Shown: positions 17,792 through 24,075 of the stretch, piece after piece | Layout of the letters: each line of letters opens with the position of its first letter | How positions within the stretch are numbered: the stretch's first letter is position 1 | NCBI GenBank assembly: GCA_039798785.1 | Contig: JBDKFG010000079.1 | Span: 1-27,570 of the forward strand | Source of the DNA: Verrucomicrobiota bacterium | GTDB lineage: Bacteria > Verrucomicrobiota > Lentisphaeria > Lentisphaerales > Lentisphaeraceae | Length of the DNA stretch: 27,570 bases | Reading direction: 5' to 3' | Made by a program: the position numbers and the translations under genes | The notes under the pieces: model-generated | What the model saw: the letters and a program-made list of their open reading frames with translations, nothing else | Told to the model about the DNA's origin: nothing | Databases searched by the model: none

Positions 17792-18787
17792 ATGCAACTG
17801 ACTTTTCTCGGCACCTCGGCCGGCTCGCCCACCCTCGACCGCAACGTCACCGGGCTCACCCTCAGCTTCCGCCGCCGCCCCGGCCTCTGGCTCTTCGACT
17901 GCGGCGACGGCGCCCAGCGCCGCCTCATGCGCGCCGGACTCAGCCTGCTCAAGATCGACAAGATCTTCATCACCCACCTGCACGGCGACCACTGCTACGG
18001 CCTTTTCGGCATCCTCGCCTCGCGCGGCCTCCTGCAAGGCTGCGAAGACAGGCCGGTCACCATCTACGGCCCGCGCGGCATCGCCGAAATGGTCCGCGTC
18101 GTCCTCGAGTTGAGCCGGGTCAAGCTCGCTTACCAGATCGACTTCGTCGAATACAGCACCGGCTTGATCCTCGAAGAAACGGACATCCGGGTCGAGGCGG
18201 TGAAGCTCTCTCACGACGTCGTCAGTCACGCCTTTGTCATCACCGAAGCCGATCGCCCCGGCCCCTTCGATGCGGCCGCCGCAAAAGCCGCAGGCGTCCC
18301 CTCCGGCCCTCTTTTCGGTCGCCTCTCTCAAGGCGAAAGCATCAGCCTCCCCGATGGCCGCGTCATCGACGGCAAAACCTTCGTCGGCCCGACGCGTCCC
18401 GGACGCCGCATCATCATCGGCGGCGACAACGACAAGCCGGAGCTGCTAGCAGAAGCCCTGCAAGGCGCCTGCCTGTTCATCCACGAAGCGACCCATACCG
18501 AAGAAGTCAGCGCCGGCCTGAAACGCAAGCTGCGCCACTCCACCGCGCTCGCCGTCGCCAACACTGCGGCAGCCGCAAATCTCCCGACGCTATGCCTGAC
18601 TCATTTCAGTCCGCGCTTCGTCGACAACGAGCGCAAAAACGGCCGGCCCTTAAAAGAGATTGAAGAAGAAGCCCGCAGCGTCTATTCCGGTCAGCTCATT
18701 CTCGCTCGCGACCTGATGCGTCTGGAGATCGACGAGGCGGGCCAGGTGCGGGAAATGCCCCGCCGTGGCGGGACTGATCCGGCCTGA
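17792..18787 (+). CDS. rnz: Ribonuclease Z
   Basis: FLGTSAGSPT, LFDCGDG, THLHGDH metallo-beta-lactamase motif, exosite GVPSGPLFGRL, HEAT, HST and THFSPRF. Confidence 0.93.
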   Translation: MQLTFLGTSAGSPTLDRNVTGLTLSFRRRPGLWLFDCGDGAQRRLMRAGLSLLKIDKIFITHLHGDHCYGLFGILASRGLLQGCEDRPVTIYGPRGIAEMVRVVLELSRVKLAYQIDFVEYSTGLILEETDIRVEAVKLSHDVVSHAFVITEADRPGPFDAAAAKAAGVPSGPLFGRLSQGESISLPDGRVIDGKTFVGPTRPGRRIIIGGDNDKPELLAEALQGACLFIHEATHTEEVSAGLKRKLRHSTALAVANTAAAANLPTLCLTHFSPRFVDNERKNGRPLKEIEEEARSVYSGQLILARDLMRLEIDEAGQVREMPRRGGTDPA

Positions 18788-18794
18788 GACGGCT

Positions 18795-19502
18795 TCAGAA
18801 CACCACTCTGCCCTCCTCTCTCAGGCTGCAGTAGCGCAAGGGGCCGTGGGCGGCGGAGCCGACGATGACGTGGTCAAGCACTTCGATTCCCATGATCTGG
18901 CCTGCCGAGATCAGGCCTTCCGTCACCTTGAGGTCTTGAGGCGAGGGCGAGGGGTCGCCGGAGGGGTGGTTGTGGGCGACGATGATCCGGGCGCAGTCGT
19001 GGCGAACGGCGCGGCGGAAGACTTCGCGGGGGTGGACGGTGCTGCGGTCGATCGTCCCGCGTGTGATCATTTCGCTGCGCAGGAAGCGGTTGCGTGTGTC
19101 GAGCAGGACGATGTGGAATTCTTCCTGTTCCGGCGCTTCGATGCGGGAGAGGACGAGGCGCGCCACCGTCGCCGGCTCGCTGAGGAGCGGCTGTTCGACC
19201 GGCAGCTCCCGGGCAAGGCGCCTTGCCAGCTCGAAGACGGCGCGCAGCGAGCAGGCCTTGGCGGCGCCGATTCCCTTGGCGCGCCGCAACTCCTGCACCT
19301 CTTGGCGGCCGAGCCGCCCCAATTGGCCATCGACCCTGGAGAGCAGCTGCCGGCCCAGCTCGACCGCAGAGGTGTCGGCGCAGCCTGAGCCGAGGATGAT
19401 GCCGATAAGCTCAGCATCGCTCAGCGATGCCACTCCGGCCTGCATCAGTTTTTCGCGAGGACGTTCGGCTTCCGCCAGTTCACTGATTTTGGGCCAGACC
19501 AT
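18795..19502 (-). CDS. radC: RadC family JAB-domain protein (full length)
   Basis: ERPREKL, LSDAELI, KGIGAAKA (HhH), VHPREVF, AHNHPSGDPSPS and LDHVI. Confidence 0.93.
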   Translation of the reverse strand: MVWPKISELAEAERPREKLMQAGVASLSDAELIGIILGSGCADTSAVELGRQLLSRVDGQLGRLGRQEVQELRRAKGIGAAKACSLRAVFELARRLARELPVEQPLLSEPATVARLVLSRIEAPEQEEFHIVLLDTRNRFLRSEMITRGTIDRSTVHPREVFRRAVRHDCARIIVAHNHPSGDPSPSPQDLKVTEGLISAGQIMGIEVLDHVIVGSAAHGPLRYCSLREEGRVVF

Positions 19503-19645
19503 GTGCGACTCCTTGTGACTGAATCATTATATCATTATAAAAAAAGGCTTACAAGATTATGTGTTGAAAGAATGCCGCATTTTACTCCCGCCGACGGCGG
19601 CATGCTTGTTTTCCGCCGATGCTGCAGCATATTCGGCGCCGATCT

Positions 19646-19722
19646 GTACCCGTAGCTCAGCTGGATAGAGCGCAGGTTTCCGAAACCTTAGGTCGGTGGT
19701 TCGAATCCACTCGGGTATACCA
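19646..19722 (+). tRNA. tRNA-Arg(CCG)
   Basis: Acceptor GTACCCG/CGGGTAT, D arm GCTC/GAGC, anticodon loop TT-CCG-AA, T arm GGTGG-TTCGAAT-CCACT, encoded CCA. Confidence 0.93.
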
Positions 19723-19748
19723 GTTTCAAGCTTGATTGTCAAGCACTT

Positions 19749-19786
19749 AGCGCCCCCTGCAAGAGATTGCAGGGGGCGCTTCGCTT
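19749..19786 (+). terminator. Strong hairpin after tRNA-Arg (probable terminator)
   Basis: AGCGCCCCCTGCAA-GAGA-TTGCAGGGGGCGCT is a perfect 14-bp stem. The U-tract is weak. Confidence 0.6.
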
Positions 19787-19853
19787 GCCCTTAGGAGGAG
19801 CTTGGAATATCTTGGTGTCTCGCCGGGTTTGGCAGCAAAGCGGCAGCGATCAA

Positions 19854-20173
19854 ATGAGCTCAGGAGCAGGTCAAGACTTCAAGCGGACGATCAATGGGCA
19901 GCCTTCCAACTGTTGGTATGTCCGATTCAAAGAAGGGAGTCGCCGCGTCTGGAAATCGACCGGGCATACGGACAGGCGGAAGGCTGAGGCATGGGAGGGA
20001 TTCGCCGAGCCGTTGAAAAGTGCTCAGAACCTGTCTGCACTGGGAGAGACGCTGCGAATCCTCAGGGCCGGTCCTCCTGCGCTGGAATTGTACTGAGCGG
20101 CGCAGCAAAGAAAAATCCAGGGCTGGTGGCTCGACTTCTCGGCCTGGGCGCAGGAGGTCGAAGGACTCAGCCT
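19854..20173 (+). pseudogene. Probable tyrosine-integrase N-terminal remnant
   Basis: WYVRFKEGSRRVWKSTGHTDRRKAE resembles integrase arm-binding N-termini. TGA at 20094-20096 is followed in frame by QRKIQGWWLDFSAWA. No catalytic domain. Lies directly 3' of a tRNA. Confidence 0.5.
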
Positions 20174-20211
20174 GGATTCCGAAGCTGAGCTTGGGCTCAG
20201 CTCGGGAATCC

Positions 20212-20269
20212 GATTCAAGATTCAAAATTCAAGATTCAACAGAACGCGAACAAAATCAAAGATTTAACA
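20212..20269. repeat. Heptamer-based repeat element, copy 1 (inverted relative to the window end)
   Basis: (RATTCAA)x4 at 20212-20239. 20222-20269 is the exact reverse complement of 27523-27570. Confidence 0.88.
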
Positions 20270-20464
20270 GGCCAAGCGGCACGGGAGTATGTGTCGATGA
20301 TCCGCGAAAGCGGCCGGCATGTCAAGGTAATCAAGAGTTCCCTAGATCGAAAAGGGGTCAATTTCGGATCGAGCCTGAGCTCGAAGGCGGCAAATGACGG
20401 GCAGGCGATCATCACCAGGATTTTTGCGGCATGCCAGGAACGAGCGGCTGCCACGGCGAAAACT

Positions 20465-20545
20465 TGGCTCCTTGAGTTGGATTCGAGCCAACAACCTTGA
20501 CCTTAACAGGGTAGGGTCTTGCACCACCAATTGTGCTATCAAGGA
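20465..20545 (-). pseudogene. Degenerate tRNA-Asn(GTT) copy
   Basis: Copy of 20784-20859 with T54>C in the T loop and a 5-nt insertion in the anticodon arm. Confidence 0.85.
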
Positions 20546-20556
20546 ATCTCGATGAT

Positions 20557-20611
20557 TGGCTGTCCCGGTAGGGCTCGAACCTACAACTCCCGCTTTCAAA
20601 GAACGGTGTGC
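20557..20611 (-). pseudogene. 3' fragment of tRNA-Gln(TTG)
   Basis: CCGTT-CT-TTG-AA-AGCGG anticodon arm, T arm and CGGGACA-G-CCA are present. The 5' acceptor strand and D arm are missing. Confidence 0.8.
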
Positions 20612-20688
20612 TGGAAGGATTCGAACCTTCGGGCCTGACGGCCGGCGCTTTAGCAAAGCGCTGGTATAAACCACTCACCCACATCTCC
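20612..20688 (-). pseudogene. tRNA-Ser(GCT) lacking the 3' acceptor strand
   Basis: GGAGATG start, GCGCT-TT-GCT-AA-AGCGC, long variable arm, GAAGG-TTCGAAT-CCTTC. The expected CATCTCC-GCCA is replaced after CA by the Gln fragment. Confidence 0.82.
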
Positions 20689-20699
20689 ACGGTTCAAAC

Positions 20700-20776
20700 T
20701 GGTGCCGTAGGCAGGGATCGAACCTGCGACAAAGGGCTTATGAGACCCTCGCTCTGACCAACTGAGCTACCACGGC
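20700..20776 (-). tRNA. tRNA with CAT anticodon (elongator Met, or Ile2; not initiator)
   Basis: Acceptor GCCGTGG/CTACGGC with paired G1-C72, loop CT-CAT-AA, GCAGG-TTCGATC-CCTGC, A-CCA. Confidence 0.88.
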
Positions 20777-20783
20777 GAAAACT

Positions 20784-20859
20784 TGGCTCCTTGAGTTGGA
20801 TTCGAACCAACAACCTTGACCTTAACAGGGTCTTGCACCACCAATTGTGCTATCAAGGA
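20784..20859 (-). tRNA. tRNA-Asn(GTT)
   Basis: Acceptor TCCTTGA/TCAAGGA, D arm GCAC/GTGC, loop CT-GTT-AA, GTTGG-TTCGAAT-CCAAC, G-CCA. Confidence 0.9.
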
Positions 20860-20870
20860 ATCTCGATGAT

Positions 20871-20925
20871 TGGCTGTCCCGGTAGGGCTCGAACCTACAA
20901 CTCCCGCTTTCAAAGAACGGTGTGC
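20871..20925 (-). pseudogene. 3' fragment of tRNA-Gln(TTG), second copy
   Basis: Identical to 20557-20611. No TGTCCCG 5' acceptor strand is found upstream. Confidence 0.8.
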
Positions 20926-20960
20926 CAGTTCAGGGGCCGAGAGGCAAACTGATGAAACGG

Positions 20961-21140
20961 TTACGACATGTCGCAGCTGCAGTTCATGCTGCAGGTCATG
21001 CTATTGCACGACTGCTGCTGACTTTGCTGATTGCTGCTGGACATGATGACTTCCGGTTTCTTAAGGGGTGCAACGCTGCTCAAGACGGTCTCGGAAGGGA
21101 AGGCCTTCTGATTGGTCAATTGCTGTTCTTCATTTTTCAT
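20961..21140 (-). CDS. Small Ser/Gln/Cys/Met-rich peptide (59 aa, or 27 aa from ATG 21044)
   Basis: Hand translation: MKNEEQQLTNQKAFPSETVLSSVAPLKKPEVIMSSSNQQSQQQSCNSMTCSMNCSCDMS*. The 3' half has GC3-rich codons. Not in the ORF track. Confidence 0.45.
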   Translation of the reverse strand: MKNEEQQLTNQKAFPSETVLSSVAPLKKPEVIMSSSNQQSQQQSCNSMTCSMNCSCDMS

Positions 21141-21200
21141 TCTAACATCGACTTCATCTCATTGCAAGAGGTGTTGATCAGATTTTTTGGATTTTTTTTA
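21139..21200 (-). promoter_or_regulatory. Sigma70-type promoter with A-tract UP-like element, pointing into the peptide ORF and tRNA array
   Basis: Minus strand: TTGCAA (21167-21162), 17-bp spacer, TG-n-TAGAAT (21144-21139). A-tracts lie at 21183-21199. Confidence 0.6.
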
Positions 21201-21284
21201 AATTTCTCCGGTATCAATGGCCTGTCTCCCCTCCGCCCTTATTAATGACTTCAAAGGAGTAGCGGCGTCATGAGGAAACTCGCT

Positions 21285-23324
21285 CTAGCGCCAGATCTCC
21301 TTGAGCTTGTCGCGCCAGCTCCGCACCAGCTCCGACTCGATCCGATTGAAGCCGTTGGCGTCGGCCTGGAAGGTGCTGTCCTGGCGGTGATAATGGGCCT
21401 CCTCCGCCCGCAGGAGCGCGACATAGGCGCTCAGCGCCAGCACCTGGAAGGCGAGCAGGACCGCGAGGCTGCGGGCCAGACAGAGGCGAAACAGCAGGCC
21501 GTCGCGGCGGAAAAAACGCCAAAGCAAGGCGCCCAGGCTGAGCAAGGTCAAGACGCCGCAAGTGACCATGAAGCCGAGAATCGGCGTGGGGGTGGGCGAT
21601 AACTTCTGCAGCAGCTCCAGACCAAGCAATTCTCTCAGCCAGCGTCCGTCGCTTGTCTCGAAGGCGAAGCCGAGGAGTCCCAGCAGTCCGATTCCACCGA
21701 AGACCACGGCCAGCCACCAGTTGAAGCCGGGGTTTTTCGCCGGTTCCAGCCCCAGAGCACGCAGGCGTTTGGTGCAGGAACGCTGCCAAATCGCCCAGGA
21801 AATCGGCAGGATCAAAGCCCAAAGCACGAGCTGCTCGAAGATGTACTGCGCCGCCGAATGCGGCAGGCTCCAGGCATGACTGCTCCATGGCGTCAGCTTG
21901 AAGAGCTCGAAGATCAACACCGGCAGGACTAAGGTCAGAGCCACATGTCGGCACAGATCCTTCAGGCGAGGCAGAGGCAGGAAGCCCTCGCTGCCGAGGC
22001 GGCGACGCTGCGTCAGAGGCGCGATCAAGAGAAAGGCGAGAAGCAGGAAGAGCCCGCTCAGCGTCATGATCACCAGCCATTTGTCAAGGAATCGATATTC
22101 AGCATTCCGGCTGGGTGCGAGAATCTCTTCAGTGGGAATCTCGCCGGCACCGAGCGCCGACAGCAGCATCCGTGCTTCGATTGAGGCTTTTTCCTGCCAT
22201 TCGGGAGCTGAATTCGCCCGCTCGACTTCCAGCTTCTTGCGCCATTTGTCGCATAAGTCGCAAACCTGCCGCAGCCGCTCCCCCAGAGCCCGGCGGGAGG
22301 GACTGGATTCAAGCAGCTTGACGAAATCCGGCTCCTTCAACAATTCGCCCGGAACGGCGCTCACTACCAGGATATGGATGAGGCTCGGCTCATCCTTGAG
22401 CACCAGGCTCTGCATCAGTTTTTCCATCAGCCGCAAGGCCCGATCGGCCTCATCTTCCCGCCCAGCCAAATGGGCGAATACGGCGCGGCGGCCCAAGGCG
22501 TTGCCGAGCTCGCGTGTCGAACCAAAGGCTGTGAAAAAGCTCTGAGCGCTGACACTTACCGCCTGAATTTTTTCAAGAGTTCTGGATAAACCAAGCTTCT
22601 CAATGGACCGGATCTGGCGCTGAGCCTCGGTGTGATACCGGCTGCTCAACACCGGCTTAGCCAGTATCGGCTCCAGCTCGTCCATGGTCTTGAGAAAGTC
22701 ATCACTCTCCCTCCAGGTCTTCATGAAAGCCTCATACTGGCGCCAATCCCTAGGAGCCTTTCCCCGGATGCTTTGGTGCAAGACTTCCAACTCGACTAGG
22801 CCATTGTCAGGATCGAGCTGCTTGACTGCAGCAAGAGCCTGCTCATTCCCCCTGGCCGATCGATAGTTCTCGATTGCCAAGGCTTGCCTTTCCTCGAGAT
22901 TCTGTGGTGCCTCGTCGGCATAAACCGGCGCCCGGCTTTCTGCGGCAGTATGTGCATACCAGTGCTTGGTTGCTTCCCGGACTCGATAGAGCTCCAGAAA
23001 CTCCCGTCCCCCCAGGATCAACGCCGCCAACAAGGCCAGGGGAATCAGGCCCCATTCGAGCAGGAGCTTCAGTTTCGCCCGGCTTTGCATCCGGTTCAGA
23101 TTGCCTTCGACCAGCATCTGCGGCAAGCCGCTGGCCGGGCCGAAATCCTCCAAAGCCGCGGCCTCCGCCTCGGCTTCGCCCACGCCGCGGCGACGCGCCG
23201 CCGCCACCCCGTCCTCGAGATGACACTCGAGCTCGCGGCAGACGTCGCGGCGAAGCTCGGGGTCGCCGCTCAGTTCGCGGGTCAGTTCCGCCGCCAGCTC
23301 GCGGCGCTTGTCCTGCGCGTCCAT
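21285..23324 (-). CDS. Multi-pass membrane protein with N-terminal HAAS/permease-prefix-type domain
   Basis: N-terminus DVCRELECHLED...RGVGEAEAEAAALEDFG, one TM, a ~300-aa soluble region, then about 6 TM segments. Lies 3 bp downstream of padR. Confidence 0.75.
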   Translation of the reverse strand: MDAQDKRRELAAELTRELSGDPELRRDVCRELECHLEDGVAAARRRGVGEAEAEAAALEDFGPASGLPQMLVEGNLNRMQSRAKLKLLLEWGLIPLALLAALILGGREFLELYRVREATKHWYAHTAAESRAPVYADEAPQNLEERQALAIENYRSARGNEQALAAVKQLDPDNGLVELEVLHQSIRGKAPRDWRQYEAFMKTWRESDDFLKTMDELEPILAKPVLSSRYHTEAQRQIRSIEKLGLSRTLEKIQAVSVSAQSFFTAFGSTRELGNALGRRAVFAHLAGREDEADRALRLMEKLMQSLVLKDEPSLIHILVVSAVPGELLKEPDFVKLLESSPSRRALGERLRQVCDLCDKWRKKLEVERANSAPEWQEKASIEARMLLSALGAGEIPTEEILAPSRNAEYRFLDKWLVIMTLSGLFLLLAFLLIAPLTQRRRLGSEGFLPLPRLKDLCRHVALTLVLPVLIFELFKLTPWSSHAWSLPHSAAQYIFEQLVLWALILPISWAIWQRSCTKRLRALGLEPAKNPGFNWWLAVVFGGIGLLGLLGFAFETSDGRWLRELLGLELLQKLSPTPTPILGFMVTCGVLTLLSLGALLWRFFRRDGLLFRLCLARSLAVLLAFQVLALSAYVALLRAEEAHYHRQDSTFQADANGFNRIESELVRSWRDKLKEIWR

Positions 23325-23327
23325 GGC

Positions 23328-23672
23328 TCAGCCCCGGACTTTCGCGCCGGGCGCAAAAAAGATCGCATTCACCGAGGCGGTGAAGCCCTGCCACTCGTGC
23401 AGACGCTCCGCCAACTCCTTCGCCCCGGCCCGGGTGATCCGGTAATATTTCCGCCCCCGCCCTTCCTCCGAGTCGCGCCATTCACTATCGATCCAACCCG
23501 CCCCCTCGAGCCGGTGGAGCAAGGGATACAGCGTCCCCTCCTTCCAGATGAACTCGCCCTGGGTCCGGTCGTGCACCGCCTTGATGATCTCATAGCCGTA
23601 CATCGCCTGCTCCGATACTAGACGTAAAACAATCGGCGCCGCAACGCTGCGCAGCAAGTCTTTCTCGATCAT
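23328..23672 (-). CDS. PadR family transcriptional regulator
   Basis: Start at ATG 23672 after GGAGG. Motifs MYGYEIIK, EGTLYPLLHRLE and RKYYRITRAG. Confidence 0.93.
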   Translation of the reverse strand: MIEKDLLRSVAAPIVLRLVSEQAMYGYEIIKAVHDRTQGEFIWKEGTLYPLLHRLEGAGWIDSEWRDSEEGRGRKYYRITRAGAKELAERLHEWQGFTASVNAIFFAPGAKVRG

Positions 23673-23697
23673 GGAAGGCCTCCGGAAAGATGGGTTG

Positions 23698-23745
23698 ATG
23701 CCTAGGATCACAAGGTATTATATACCTAGGCAGACAAGGGCGCAA
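23698..23745 (-). promoter_or_regulatory. padR promoter overlapped by two tandem quasi-palindromic operator-like sites
   Basis: Minus strand TTGCGC (23745-23740), 17 bp, TATAAT (23722-23717). Sites ATGCCTAG-N5-CAAGGTAT (23698-23718) and ATACCTAG-N5-CAAGGGCG (23722-23742). Confidence 0.7.
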
Positions 23746-23907
23746 GAGGCTCCCTGATTTCCCTGGGACTCCTTCCGCTTTCGGACTATTCCACTTCGAA
23801 TTAAAATTTTCAATTTTCTCCATTACAATCTATTACGACTCTTCCATGGAGAGACTTGGCAAGCCCTTGCTAGGGCATTCGCGAACCCGTAATCCGGAGA
23901 GCTTCTT

Positions 23908-24075
23908 GTGAACATCGTCCCCATGCTTGTCATTCTGGCCTTGCTGCTGGCGGGAGTCTTCCTTGCCAGCTTCATCGTCGCCCTTCGGCGCGGCCAGTTT
24001 GACGATCTCGAGACGCCGGCGCAGCGCATGCTCTTCGAGGACCCCGCGGCCAGCAAACGAGAGGATGAAAAATGA
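23908..24075 (+). CDS. ccoS: cbb3-type cytochrome oxidase assembly protein CcoS (FixS)
   Basis: Hand translation from GTG after GGAGA: MNIVPMLVILALLLAGVFLASFIVALRRGQFDDLETPAQRMLFED... Has the GQFDD motif and an ATGA overlap with ccoN. Confidence 0.9.
   Translation: MNIVPMLVILALLLAGVFLASFIVALRRGQFDDLETPAQRMLFEDPAASKREDEK

Larger units (their letters stand above)
20451..20925. repeat. ~156-bp direct duplication within the tRNA array (20451-20611 vs 20770-20925)
   Basis: The copies are identical except A>G at 20487 and a 5-bp AGGGT duplication in the left copy. Confidence 0.92.

Noticed and set aside
18795..19502. radC as cargo of the adjacent element or a defence JAB gene
   Set aside because: Full-length chromosomal-type RadC on the 5' side of the tRNA, outside the putative insertion.
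5974..19722. tsaB, dus, rnz and tRNAs as a dedicated tRNA-maturation cluster
   Set aside because: The genes are scattered, on different strands and interleaved with unrelated genes. Co-location is probably chance.
20291..20690. Short ORFs 20291..20500, 20342..20674 and 20412..20690
   Set aside because: They overlap tRNA-derived sequence and have no recognisable protein features.
20700..20776. Initiator tRNA-fMet
   Set aside because: G1-C72 is paired and the three consecutive G-C pairs at 29-31/39-41 are absent.
20451..20925. Possible CRISPR array
   Set aside because: The repeats are tRNA sequences in two long copies, with no repeat-spacer periodicity and no cas genes.
20922..21245. 107-aa plus-strand ORF
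   Set aside because: Runs antisense through the peptide ORF and an AT-rich promoter. No RBS or motif support.
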